From a virus (lineage: Duplodnaviria; Caudoviricetes): DNA of 64,000 nt. Of the stretch, positions 1-9,176 are shown one piece after another. The DNA lies in the IMG/VR virus record IMGVR_UViG_3300038673_000220, positions 1-64,000 of that record; one strand, 5' to 3'. Numbering within the stretch: position 1 is the stretch's first letter; each line of letters opens with the position of its first letter. A program made the position numbers and the translations under genes. The notes beneath the pieces were generated by a model. It saw nothing but the letters and a program-made list of their open reading frames with translations. It was not told the origin of the DNA and ran no database searches.

Positions 1-1
1 T

Positions 2-487
2 ATCTATTTAACTAAGTCTGATGGATGGTGGAAAGATGAAGTAGCTGAACCATGTCAAGCTATCATGGAAGATCCTGGTGATCGAGCTATGGCTATTAAA
101 TGTGCTAAACGTGATGGTTGGTGGAGAGATCCAAATAAGGATTGTGTAGATGGGTTGAGTAATGATTTATCAAAAATCACCCCTTACAATTGCAATCAAA
201 TTCTTATTGTTAATATACCATCATCTTTAAGAAAGATCTTTTTAAATGACGACGGTATTATTATTTGTAAAGTTATACATTTTAGTATCGAGAACCGGAA
301 GATAACTTTACAACTTAAAGAAGTATATGATTCAGAATTATCAGAATATACTTTGAATTTAAATACCAGTATTGTTTTGTTACCTGACAATACTGAATTT
401 CTTGAAATAAACGATATACGAATTTGTGATTCTAATATAAAATACCTAAGAGGTATAACTGAGAATAAATTTGCTTTTGTAGCTTAA
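2..487 (+). CDS. 5'-truncated repeat protein (GDRAxAIxxAKxxxWW family), paralog of 1253..1816
   Basis: Frame open from base 2 (IYLTKSDGWWKDEVAEPCQAIMEDPGDRAMAIKCAKRDGWW...), so the gene starts before the window; shares its repeat with 1253..1816. Confidence 0.75.
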   Translation: MYLTKSDGWWKDEVAEPCQAIMEDPGDRAMAIKCAKRDGWWRDPNKDCVDGLSNDLSKITPYNCNQILIVNIPSSLRKIFLNDDGIIICKVIHFSIENRKITLQLKEVYDSELSEYTLNLNTSIVLLPDNTEFLEINDIRICDSNIKYLRGITENKFAFVA

Positions 488-490
488 TTC

Positions 491-530
491 AAATAAACAC
501 CCAGCCTTAGAGAGCTGGGTGTTTATTTTT
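491..530 (+). terminator. intrinsic terminator
   Basis: AAATAAACACCCAGC-loop-GCTGGGTGTTTATTT plus T tract just after the stop codon. Confidence 0.85.
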
Positions 531-563
531 TATTTTAAGGTATGATATTATAAAATATTATAA

Positions 564-574
564 ATATATATCAT
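564..574 (+). promoter_or_regulatory. putative phage early promoter motif ATATATATCAT
   Basis: Same 11-mer recurs at 9137, 12099, 27376, 35860 and 38386, each upstream of a + strand gene, mostly after a terminator. Confidence 0.7.
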
Positions 575-623
575 ATACTGATAGAAATAATAAATTATTT
601 TTAACCAATATCAAGAGGAAGAT

Positions 624-905
624 ATGAGAGCTATTAGACATAAGAAAACTGGTAAGATTTATTACATACTCAATGATGAAGTTATTTGCGCCACTAATGA
701 ACATAGTGGTCAAAGAAATGTCCTTTATGTCGGTAAAGAGAGAACAACGAATGAATGGACCTTCTTTGTAAGAGAATTCAATGAATTTTTTGAGAGGTTC
801 GAATTTACTACGGATATAGAAACAACACTAATTGGAGATCTCGATAACTTAAATAAAGCTGTACATTTTGTAACTGAGAGTATCTTTAAGGGTGAGGATA
901 ACTAA
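624..905 (+). CDS. hypothetical protein (DUF1653-like, RHKKTGKxY)
   Basis: RBS GAGG; IRHKKTGKIYYIL...VLY...FVREFNEF pattern. Confidence 0.6.
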   Translation: MRAIRHKKTGKIYYILNDEVICATNEHSGQRNVLYVGKERTTNEWTFFVREFNEFFERFEFTTDIETTLIGDLDNLNKAVHFVTESIFKGEDN

Positions 906-1252
906 TGTCATTACTTAGAATTGATACCATTGATGATTTTGAACCATTAGCTTATTGTAATTATATTACGACGAGTGGTTCAAAGATGAGTATTCCAATC
1001 ATAGATAGCCAGATCGAAGGTATGATTTTATTTGAGGAGGCTTATGATTCGAATATACCATTATTAAAAATAGTGCATACAAAGAATATTGAGACTGTCA
1101 TATTGTGCAATCGTTTTGAGAACATAATAACGATTGAGCATGATTTCCATATAAAAACATTTATTTGTTGTATGATTAAGTACCAGGCCAAAGAATCTGG
1201 TATATTGCCTATACCAAAAGATATCAATTCAATAAACTTCGACATAATCTAG
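905..1252 (+). CDS. hypothetical protein
   Basis: TAATG stop/start coupling with the upstream ORF. Confidence 0.65.
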   Translation: MSLLRIDTIDDFEPLAYCNYITTSGSKMSIPIIDSQIEGMILFEEAYDSNIPLLKIVHTKNIETVILCNRFENIITIEHDFHIKTFICCMIKYQAKESGILPIPKDINSINFDII

Positions 1253-1816
1253 GTGAGAGTCATGAGTGATGTCATTAGTGCGAATGATCTTTTAAAAGGA
1301 GTTGTTGAAGGAATAAAAGAAGAAAACATAAACAATTATTGTAATAGTATTAAAAATGCTTCTGGTGATAGAGCTTGGATCATCTATTTAGCAAAAGAAG
1401 CTAAATGGTGGATCGAAGATGATATCACGACATGTGCATCTATATTAAACGCTTCAGGAAATCAGGCTTTAGCTATATGCTACGCTAAATTATCAGGATG
1501 GTGGATCTATTCAGATGAGCAAACTACACAACAAATCACATTAGCTCCTGGTAATAAAGCTTTAGCTATTGCTACAGCTGTTTCAAGTAATATCTGGACA
1601 TTACCTATAGATGATGCCTGTCGAATGATATTGGAATCATGTGGTGATAGAGCTTTAGCTATTTATCGTGCTAAAAATTCAAAATGGTGGAACCAATCTG
1701 ACGATGATGCGTTTAAAGAAATTTTAAAATCATCGGATAATCAGTACGTTATAAATTGTATCAAAAATGACGGTTGGTGGAATTTAAAATCTGATAATCA
1801 TTTCTCTCAAAGGTGA
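1253..1816 (+). CDS. helical repeat protein (~33-aa GDRAxAIxxAKxxxWW repeats)
   Basis: Four to five imperfect repeats: GDRAWIIYLAKEAKWW, GNQALAICYAKLSGWW, GNKALAIATAVSSNIW, GDRALAIYRAKNSKWW. Confidence 0.75.
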   Translation: MRVMSDVISANDLLKGVVEGIKEENINNYCNSIKNASGDRAWIIYLAKEAKWWIEDDITTCASILNASGNQALAICYAKLSGWWIYSDEQTTQQITLAPGNKALAIATAVSSNIWTLPIDDACRMILESCGDRALAIYRAKNSKWWNQSDDDAFKEILKSSDNQYVINCIKNDGWWNLKSDNHFSQR

Positions 1817-1822
1817 TAAACA

Positions 1823-2134
1823 GTGTTAGATGATAATTGTTTTGATGGTAATGAAGAACGTGTTGAAAAGAAAAGACATGAGGATAAATGCTGCAATCTT
1901 GTATTGAAGCATACTAAGATCATGTCAAATATCGTTGGAGGAATATCATTACGTAGAGCTAGAGTTGAACATAATGTTGACATTGAAATGTTAGCTAAAC
2001 AAGCAGACCTTGATTTAGCTAAGATCGAATCAGTTGATGATGTTATCGATATGATCAACTATCTTCGTGATAAAAACTGTATTGATAATCCTGACGAACG
2101 CATTGGTAATCTAATATCAAATGGAGGACTGTGA
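1823..2134 (+). CDS. hypothetical protein, possible HTH
   Basis: LRRARVEHNVDIEMLAKQADL resembles the start of an XRE-type HTH. Confidence 0.5.
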   Translation: MLDDNCFDGNEERVEKKRHEDKCCNLVLKHTKIMSNIVGGISLRRARVEHNVDIEMLAKQADLDLAKIESVDDVIDMINYLRDKNCIDNPDERIGNLISNGGL

Positions 2135-2385
2135 TGAAATATATCAATATCGATGGAATCGGGATGATAACATTTCCAGATACCATTGATCATTCAAAGA
2201 TGTATGATCTTGTTTCAAAACTTAAACCTGGAGCATCTATAATCGGTGCTGGTAAAATCGGTGGTCAAGGTGATGAACTCGTTCCTGATTATCTCTATTG
2301 CTATGGTGAATCTATAACTTTAGGTTATCGATGTGATGAAGAGAAAGATAATTGGGAATTAGAAAGAAACTTAAGATTGTTTTAA
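2131..2385 (+). CDS. hypothetical protein
   Basis: RBS GGAGG; overlaps the upstream stop. Confidence 0.65.
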   Translation: MMKYINIDGIGMITFPDTIDHSKMYDLVSKLKPGASIIGAGKIGGQGDELVPDYLYCYGESITLGYRCDEEKDNWELERNLRLF

Positions 2386-2419
2386 TCATAATACAAATTC
2401 TGTTAAGGATAAGACCACT

Positions 2420-2791
2420 ATGAATACCATCATTGATAAACTGACAGTTAAAGCTCTCCAGGCTATGACCATAGCTGAATTCACTCAATACGCTAAAGAG
2501 GTTATCGAACCGAAGTTTAAAAATAGGAACGAAGGATTCGGATTTCGGTTTCCTTATGCTCTTAATTGTAGAATGGAAGAGAAGATGGCTGATTGTAGCA
2601 AACAACTACGCTATACAGCATTTTTGAATAACAGTGGGAGACTTTGTCATATCATCTCACCTGATGATAGTGACTTTATTTTAAGGATACGTTTCCATAG
2701 ATCGATCAAGTCTTATTCTGAAAAGAAACAACGGATCGCTATATGGATGAAAGCGCATAAATGGATCGATATTGGAGAATGTCCGAAATGA
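2420..2791 (+). CDS. hypothetical protein
   Basis: RBS AAGGA; in operon. Confidence 0.6.
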   Translation: MNTIIDKLTVKALQAMTIAEFTQYAKEVIEPKFKNRNEGFGFRFPYALNCRMEEKMADCSKQLRYTAFLNNSGRLCHIISPDDSDFILRIRFHRSIKSYSEKKQRIAIWMKAHKWIDIGECPK

Positions 2792-3207
2792 TACAACTAT
2801 CCGAATTAAAAAGCACCCTTGAAGATAATTTTCAAGGGTGCTACACCTTCCCAAAGTTGGAGGATGAGGCTAAAAAATCAACAAGCAATATAACTTGTAT
2901 ATGTCCTCTCCATGGGGAGTTTAAAAAGAGATTATCATATCTCACTAATGACAAAATGGGGTGTCCTCATTGCGCTGATCTTCGAAGAGTTATCGCTATG
3001 AAGAGTGATGTTGATAACGCTCTTAAAGAAATGATAGCTTTTTATAAATACGTTATGAATCCTGTTTATACTGACATGCTTATCGTTAGTACGAGTAGGA
3101 ATGCTTTTCAAAATTATCCAAGACTAGCGAATAATTCTTATCAACTACTGAAGTTTGTTTATTTTAGATACAGACTGATTAGTGGTCATGATGCTTTTTC
3201 ATTGTAA
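2761..3207 (+). CDS. zinc-ribbon protein (DUF723-like, homing-endonuclease-associated)
   Basis: ICPLHGEF...GCPHCA motif; true start probably a downstream ATG. Confidence 0.6.
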   Translation: MDRYWRMSEMIQLSELKSTLEDNFQGCYTFPKLEDEAKKSTSNITCICPLHGEFKKRLSYLTNDKMGCPHCADLRRVIAMKSDVDNALKEMIAFYKYVMNPVYTDMLIVSTSRNAFQNYPRLANNSYQLLKFVYFRYRLISGHDAFSL

Positions 3208-3229
3208 TTAAGTGTAAAAATATACCGAA

Positions 3230-4267
3230 ATGAATATTTTACAAAGTAAACTTAACCTTATTTTAGATGGTGGTTTGGGATCATCGGGTAAAGGCCTCTT
3301 AGCTGAGTATCTTGGATTGACTAACCATGTTGATATAGCGATAACATCAGCAGCAAGTAATGCTGGTCATTCGTTCATCTATCATGGGAAGAAGAATATT
3401 TCCAAATACATCCCAGTATCAGGTATAATAAACAAACGATCAACCATCTATCTTTGTTCTGGAGCTATCATCAATCCAAATATTTTCATAAAGGAGGTCG
3501 AGCATTTCGATATTGCACCTGATAGAATTATCATCCATCCGAATTGTGCTGTTATAGATGATGATGATATTCTTAATGAAAAAGATAAGGATAGCGCTAC
3601 AACGAAGTTGTCATCAACTCAATCTGGTGTAGGGAGAGCTTTATCTCGGAAGATCTTAAGAGAATCTGAATTAGCTGGATCTAATCCTATACTTAAACGA
3701 TTCACTCAAGATTTCGATCTTCAGTATTTATTGGATCAAGGTTGTACAGCTCTTATGGAAATCCCACAAGGTATGGACCTTAGCCTAAATGGTCCTTTTT
3801 ATCCTTATTGTACATCTCGTGATATTTCTGTAAGCTCAGCTTTGAATGATGCTCAAGTTCATCCATTCTATCTAGGAAAGGTATGTTGTGTTATAAGGAC
3901 TTTCCCAATACGAGTTGGGAATATCAAAGATGAGAATGGAAATGAGATCGGGTACAGTGGACCTTTCTATGATGATGCTGAGGAATTGTCATGGAAGGAT
4001 ATTGGTGTTGATCCAGAAATAACAACCGTAACAGGTAGAGAGAGACGAGTCTTTGAATTTTCAATGAAGCAATATCGAAAGATGATTAAGTCATTCCGTC
4101 CTGATTATGTTTTGTTGAATTTTGGTAATTATCTTGAATTAGATCGATTAGATGATCTCGTTAAACGATTACCTAAAGTAACTCACATCGGACTTGGTCC
4201 AGAAGTGAGTGATATAATTACGATTAAAGAATTCAAAAATGCTGTTAAATACTCAAGAATAAAATAA
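3230..4267 (+). CDS. purZ: PurZ-type adenylosuccinate synthetase homolog (N6-succino-2-amino-2'-deoxyadenylate synthase)
   Basis: GSSGKG where PurA has GDEGKG (Asp to Ser); SNAGH, STQSG, YPYCTSRD, RTFPIRVGN, TTVTGRERRVFEFS; LNFGNY where PurA has TKLD; short 345-aa length as in PurZ. Confidence 0.8.
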   Translation: MNILQSKLNLILDGGLGSSGKGLLAEYLGLTNHVDIAITSAASNAGHSFIYHGKKNISKYIPVSGIINKRSTIYLCSGAIINPNIFIKEVEHFDIAPDRIIIHPNCAVIDDDDILNEKDKDSATTKLSSTQSGVGRALSRKILRESELAGSNPILKRFTQDFDLQYLLDQGCTALMEIPQGMDLSLNGPFYPYCTSRDISVSSALNDAQVHPFYLGKVCCVIRTFPIRVGNIKDENGNEIGYSGPFYDDAEELSWKDIGVDPEITTVTGRERRVFEFSMKQYRKMIKSFRPDYVLLNFGNYLELDRLDDLVKRLPKVTHIGLGPEVSDIITIKEFKNAVKYSRIK

Positions 4268-4286
4268 TACTTAAATAGGAATAATC

Positions 4287-4481
4287 ATGGAAAATGTGAA
4301 TGAGATAAGAGCATTTTATCCAGATGGTAGCAATCAATTGGGTCTTGATTACGATGGAGATGAGTGGAATGTTCAAGATCAACAACATCATCGTATGATA
4401 CCTAAAGATATTCGAACTAAACGAAAAAATAAACGTAAACTTACAAAACAATCTCGTCGGAAAAATAGGAGGATGAATTAA
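4287..4481 (+). CDS. small basic hypothetical protein
   Basis: RBS AGGA; K/R-rich C terminus. Confidence 0.6.
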   Translation: MENVNEIRAFYPDGSNQLGLDYDGDEWNVQDQQHHRMIPKDIRTKRKNKRKLTKQSRRKNRRMN

Positions 4482-4822
4482 TGTTGCATAATGATAATAA
4501 TATTCGTGACAATACAGTTAGATATAGTCGTGGGATTATTGCGGGTTGTTTTAATTATGATGATATTTATTCCAGTCTTACGATATTGTCTTCGTTAAAT
4601 GGTATTTTCTCAATAAATAGTGAAACTGGGAAATTAGCACTCACTGTTCGGAAAGGTGATACGGTCGTTTGTATTGATTCTAATCAATCATACGTTAATA
4701 TCATTGGTAAGAGTGATTCCGAAGATGATTGGGTAGAAATTGGGTCTCTGTATACTGATGAAGAATTGGAATTGATTAGTAAATACAATCCAAATATTAT
4801 ATCAGTAGATGGATCTCAATGA
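4481..4822 (+). CDS. hypothetical protein
   Basis: TAATG coupling; RBS GGAGG. Confidence 0.6.
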   Translation: MLHNDNNIRDNTVRYSRGIIAGCFNYDDIYSSLTILSSLNGIFSINSETGKLALTVRKGDTVVCIDSNQSYVNIIGKSDSEDDWVEIGSLYTDEELELISKYNPNIISVDGSQ

Positions 4823-4945
4823 TCTGCAATCATTAAACGTCAATTCAAAATTCGACAAATAGCCAGAAAACAACGACGAAAACAATTCAATCGGTCGGAT
4901 TTGATTATGAGGTTAAAGATATTATGATTAATCATTGTCATTTTA

Positions 4946-5341
4946 TTGGAGATTAAATTTAAGGGGGTTGACCGAATGCATTTTACTATAAGTAGTTTAT
5001 CTGGAAATTATCCTATGATAATAGGGTTACTATCCGTTCTGCTTGCATTAATTATTATAAATGTTATTGTTGTTTCAATAATACTATCTAATAAGTCAAA
5101 AAGAAACAATCGAATATCAGATCTGGATAAGGAATGGTTAATAAAATTACTCATCGAATCGCAATTAGAAGAAATAGATGAAGAAAGTATCGAATTTCTA
5201 ATATCTCAGATGTCCAATGAAACATTGTATGTGATGACTAAACTTTTAGGTGAGAATTCTGATAAAGATTTTCATCAGAATGATCTAATACTTTTTATAT
5301 GCACCACGATCGCGAATGAATCACAATTTCGGTTACAATAA
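4946..5341 (+). CDS. membrane protein
   Basis: One hydrophobic segment; likely start at ATG 4976 after AAGGGG. Confidence 0.55.
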   Translation: MEIKFKGVDRMHFTISSLSGNYPMIIGLLSVLLALIIINVIVVSIILSNKSKRNNRISDLDKEWLIKLLIESQLEEIDEESIEFLISQMSNETLYVMTKLLGENSDKDFHQNDLILFICTTIANESQFRLQ

Positions 5342-5344
5342 TAA

Positions 5345-5386
5345 ATATAAAGTTAGCTAAGCATCTTTGCTTAGCTAACTTTATAT
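5345..5386 (+). terminator. hairpin terminator
   Basis: ATATAAAGTTAGCTAAGCA-TCTT-TGCTTAGCTAACTTTATAT. Confidence 0.8.
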
Positions 5387-5423
5387 ATTTTTAAACGATA
5401 TTAATGATAATTAATTTTTCTAT

Positions 5424-6026
5424 ATGAGGAATATCATCGTGACAAACGCAAAAATTGTAACAAATGGTATTGAACAGTATGAGTCATCTAAGAAAAATAA
5501 TCGAGGATACTCTGAACTTAATAATAATTATTATCGTGATAATCTCAAAAACATCTATGACAATTTGTATAAGAATATAGCTTCCAAAAAGCATTTAACG
5601 ATTATAGGTATATTCAATTATGCTGATACTGAAGAATTTAAACAACTTGGTATAGGTGGACGTAATCATGTACTTATATTCTGCAACATATGTAAAAAAT
5701 TCAGTATAATAACCATCGCATCGTTTCTAAGATCGAAACATAAATGCAAATATTGCTTTTACAATGCGTTGAAAAAGCGTCGACACAATAAACCAGAAAA
5801 AGCTTCATACACTTTCGAAGATTTAGTTAGAAAAGGTAAAGAAGTTCATGGTGATATCTACACTTATATTGGTAAGGATAGACATCATAATGGTGCGTCT
5901 CGTATTATTTATAAGTGTAATATATGCGGTCATATCAATAATCAATTGGCTCATAATCATTTTAAAGGAAGTGGGTGTTATAATTGTAACATCCTTAAGA
6001 GATCTTTAAATACTAGGAGAACTTAA
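5424..6026 (+). CDS. zinc-ribbon repeat protein (DUF723-like), no nuclease domain evident
   Basis: CNICKK, CKYC, VHGDIYTY, CNICGH, HFKGSGCYNC. Confidence 0.6.
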   Translation: MRNIIVTNAKIVTNGIEQYESSKKNNRGYSELNNNYYRDNLKNIYDNLYKNIASKKHLTIIGIFNYADTEEFKQLGIGGRNHVLIFCNICKKFSIITIASFLRSKHKCKYCFYNALKKRRHNKPEKASYTFEDLVRKGKEVHGDIYTYIGKDRHHNGASRIIYKCNICGHINNQLAHNHFKGSGCYNCNILKRSLNTRRT

Positions 6027-6487
6027 TGATGAGTTTGAAATTACTTCTACCATTATTATTACAGATATTAGGTTCTATATTCAAAAAGAAGCATCCTCAA
6101 AATCCACAATCTCTACCTGTTATACAAAAAGTTGAATCTAAGAAAATACCTAATGAACAATTCTTTTTTGAACTTGGCGCTAAGTATTTTGATAATTGGA
6201 TCTTGGGTGAACCCATTATTATAGATCCAAAGATAGAAGATCCTCAATCCATTTATAAATGGATAGATGGCTTTAATTCAAAACTATCATCTGGTAATCT
6301 TGATAATGTCAGAAAATTCAAAGAGAGAGTAGATCTCTTATTTGAATTAGCAACTGTTATTCGTAACGTTGAGGGTATCGCCCCTACTACTGTAGGTGCA
6401 AGCCTTGGACAGCTACTAGTTCGCTTACGAACTATCGATGGGGAAAGGTTTGATAGGGAAGTTTTGAAGATCGTCAAAAAGAAATAA
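6026..6487 (+). CDS. hypothetical protein
   Basis: RBS GGAG; hydrophobic N terminus. Confidence 0.6.
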   Translation: MMSLKLLLPLLLQILGSIFKKKHPQNPQSLPVIQKVESKKIPNEQFFFELGAKYFDNWILGEPIIIDPKIEDPQSIYKWIDGFNSKLSSGNLDNVRKFKERVDLLFELATVIRNVEGIAPTTVGASLGQLLVRLRTIDGERFDREVLKIVKKK

Positions 6488-6500
6488 AAAGGAGAGAATC

Positions 6501-7148
6501 ATGTTTGACTTTATTTTTAACAAGCATCGTATGTCATTTTTCAGGTCGAGTTTGTACATACCGATCATTATGGCTTTTGTATTGATTAATTATTTAAAAC
6601 TTACAGAATTTGAGACGATGTCAACATGCGTAATAGTCGCGTGTATCTCAGTTGTGTCGATAATTTTTAATAGACATTATTTCTGTAAGCTTTTTATTAG
6701 TGAAATATTAATTATTGATATGATAGCATCATTCTTTATAATCTTCTTTTTAGCATCTAAAGTTCATAGCGCTGAAATAGTTTATCCTGATATAACTGTT
6801 AAAATAAATCGAGTGTATGATGGTGATACGATATTCGTTGATGTACCTAATATACCAGATGCTTTTGGTAAAGAACTCGGAATACGTATACGAGGTATCG
6901 ATACTCCCGAAATAAAAGGAACTTGTGATAAAGAGAAACAATTAGCTTTAACAGCTAAGGATCTTGTTGTTAAGCTCCTAGAAAAAGAAAACTTCATAGT
7001 TTTAACGAATATAGGACGTGATAGATATTTTCGATTGGATGCTGATATCATTTTGAAGGACGGGTCAAGCGTTGCTGATATTTTATTGAAAGCTGGTTTG
7101 GCTTATCCTTATGACGGACAAACTTCCAAACAATCATGGTGCGATTAA
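6501..7148 (+). CDS. membrane-anchored thermonuclease (SNase family)
   Basis: VYDGDTI, IRIRGIDTPE, DRYFR, LLKAGLA motifs after three hydrophobic segments. Confidence 0.85.
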   Translation: MFDFIFNKHRMSFFRSSLYIPIIMAFVLINYLKLTEFETMSTCVIVACISVVSIIFNRHYFCKLFISEILIIDMIASFFIIFFLASKVHSAEIVYPDITVKINRVYDGDTIFVDVPNIPDAFGKELGIRIRGIDTPEIKGTCDKEKQLALTAKDLVVKLLEKENFIVLTNIGRDRYFRLDADIILKDGSSVADILLKAGLAYPYDGQTSKQSWCD

Positions 7149-7456
7149 GTATGCGATTTATATCATATTTTGCTGATTTATTATTCATCGTAATGGGAGC
7201 AACATTCCTTTCGAAGGTCATTATGCATAAACAATTCAAAAAAGATGTTGATGTTGATGAAACTCTTCAAGAAGTCGTGTTACGATTGATTTATCACGAG
7301 GATATGAAGAGTATACGAATGATCATAAAATGCATGTCTAGAGATGGTGTCATCCAATTTAGAGCTCATCTTCAAGATCATGTAGATAAATTCAAAGAAG
7401 GATCAAAGATAATGTACTATCATCAAATCATTGAATACATCGATGGTGTATTATGA
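7136..7456 (+). CDS. hypothetical membrane protein
   Basis: N-terminal hydrophobic segment; in operon. Confidence 0.5.
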   Translation: MVRLSMRFISYFADLLFIVMGATFLSKVIMHKQFKKDVDVDETLQEVVLRLIYHEDMKSIRMIIKCMSRDGVIQFRAHLQDHVDKFKEGSKIMYYHQIIEYIDGVL

Positions 7457-7926
7457 GACGGTATTTAGCCTATTTAAAATATATCGTACTTCATAAATAC
7501 TATGTTTTCAAGATCGGTAGAATGATGAAGATCCCCATCGTACAACTTATTTTACACGACTTGAGTAAATTCTACTTATTCGAATTTAAGAATTACGCTT
7601 ATGCGTATTATGATGAACAAGGTAAATCAAATTACGCTTATCATGACGGGCTCGATAGAGCTTGGAATCTTCATCAAAAAAGAAACAAACATCATTGGCA
7701 GTATTGGATATGTTTGAATGATTCTGGCAAAACTACATTCTTAGATATACCCGAGGTTTATTTAAGAGAGATGGTTGCTGATATGCTAGCTATGGATGAA
7801 TGTGACGTAGGTGATAATTCTTTGACTTATTTTAAAAAGATAAAAGATTCTATCATAATGAAATCTTGTGATAAAAACTATATTGAAAAATTGATTATAA
7901 CTTATGGAGGATATGGAGTTGACTGA
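7453..7926 (+). CDS. HD-superfamily protein (DUF5662-like)
   Basis: HKYYV...LHDLSKF...HQKRNKHHWQYW...EMVAD. Confidence 0.75.
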   Translation: MRRYLAYLKYIVLHKYYVFKIGRMMKIPIVQLILHDLSKFYLFEFKNYAYAYYDEQGKSNYAYHDGLDRAWNLHQKRNKHHWQYWICLNDSGKTTFLDIPEVYLREMVADMLAMDECDVGDNSLTYFKKIKDSIIMKSCDKNYIEKLIITYGGYGVD

Positions 7927-8314
7927 TCAAATGACGATTATACCTGTTAAAGATCTGAAGTATCTTATCAAACCTGTATTTGAAAATATCATTCGAGACA
8001 TCATTATAACGAATGTTGAAGATGACGACCTCAAGATGATTAGAGAATCTTTCTGTAAAGAAATAGCATCTATAATCGGTGATCGTCAAATGTTTTTCAT
8101 AGGCGATGTTCGTTACATATTCTTATCAATGCTAGAAGATGAGGATACTTTTGTTAAACATGGTGATATCGTCATTGATCATATAATCCAATGGTGCCAA
8201 AGTTCGAAAACTCATTGGGATTTTGAAAGATTACGTACACCTATAAATGTCATCAAAGCTCTTTTATTAAGTAAACGATGTAAAAGAGAGCAACTGATTT
8301 TGGAGAATACTTAA
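7904..8314 (+). CDS. hypothetical protein
   Basis: RBS GGAGG before the second Met. Confidence 0.6.
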   Translation: MEDMELTDQMTIIPVKDLKYLIKPVFENIIRDIIITNVEDDDLKMIRESFCKEIASIIGDRQMFFIGDVRYIFLSMLEDEDTFVKHGDIVIDHIIQWCQSSKTHWDFERLRTPINVIKALLLSKRCKREQLILENT

Positions 8315-8315
8315 A

Positions 8316-9083
8316 ATGGTAATCATCAATAGTGAGTTTTTACAAAGCGTCTTACCGGAGGTTTCTGGATCAAGGAGTGATAGTCGTTCTGACATCCTAA
8401 GAGAGATAGAACCTCATTTAGATGCTATACTTAAAGAATACGAAATCGATACACCTTTACGTATAGCTCATTTCTTAGCTCAATTGGCTCATGAGAGTGA
8501 TAGTTTTTGTACTACTCAAGAGTATGCATCTGGGACAGCTTATGAAGGTCGTAAAGATCTTGAGAACACTGATCCTGGTGATGGTCGAAAGTACAAAGGT
8601 CGAGGTTTGATCCAACTAACTGGAAAGGCTAATTATCGACAGATGGGTAAGATCTTAGATCTTCCATTAGAATTACATCCATGTATAGCTGCTGAACCAG
8701 TTATTTCTCTAATGATCGCTTGTGAGTATTGGAAAAGTCGTGATATCAATAAAGCTGCTGATACTGACAATATTGAAAAAGTTACAAAGCTTGTTAATGG
8801 TGGTTTGAATGGTATCGATGATCGTAAGAAGTATTATGCGAAATTTAAGAGTGGTTTAAATCAAACTGACAAAATCGAAGATGTGACAGTTGTTTTAAAG
8901 AAAGGGTCACAAGGAGAACATGTGATGAAGCTTCAACAAATTCTCAAAGATAAAGGGTACTCTATCAAACCTGATGGTGATTTTGGAAAGAATACTGATA
9001 GCGTAGTTAAAATGTTTCAGAAAACCAATGGTTTGAATCCAGATGGTGTTGTTGGCAAAAACACTTGGAAGATCTTAGCTTAA
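8316..9083 (+). CDS. endolysin: GH19 lysozyme/chitinase domain plus C-terminal peptidoglycan-binding domain
   Basis: AHFLAQLAHES, YKGRGLIQLTGKANY, VNGGLNG; LKKGSQGEHVMKLQ...DGDFG...FQKTNGL...DGVVG. Confidence 0.9.
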   Translation: MVIINSEFLQSVLPEVSGSRSDSRSDILREIEPHLDAILKEYEIDTPLRIAHFLAQLAHESDSFCTTQEYASGTAYEGRKDLENTDPGDGRKYKGRGLIQLTGKANYRQMGKILDLPLELHPCIAAEPVISLMIACEYWKSRDINKAADTDNIEKVTKLVNGGLNGIDDRKKYYAKFKSGLNQTDKIEDVTVVLKKGSQGEHVMKLQQILKDKGYSIKPDGDFGKNTDSVVKMFQKTNGLNPDGVVGKNTWKILA

Positions 9084-9087
9084 CAAG

Positions 9088-9123
9088 ATAGAGCGTGTCA
9101 GCTTAAATGCTGACACGCTCTAT
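9088..9123 (+). terminator. intrinsic terminator
   Basis: 15-bp perfect stem plus T tract after the endolysin. Confidence 0.85.
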
Positions 9124-9136
9124 TTTTGAAATATAT

Positions 9137-9147
9137 ATATATATCAT
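9137..9147 (+). promoter_or_regulatory. ATATATATCAT promoter motif
   Basis: Recurring motif directly after a terminator. Confidence 0.7.
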
Positions 9148-9176
9148 TAGTAAGATACCTAATGGAAACTTAACAA

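Noticed and set aside
3230-4267. Ordinary PurA auxiliary metabolic gene
   Set aside because: Lacks the GDEGKG Asp and the TKLD GTP-binding motif of PurA
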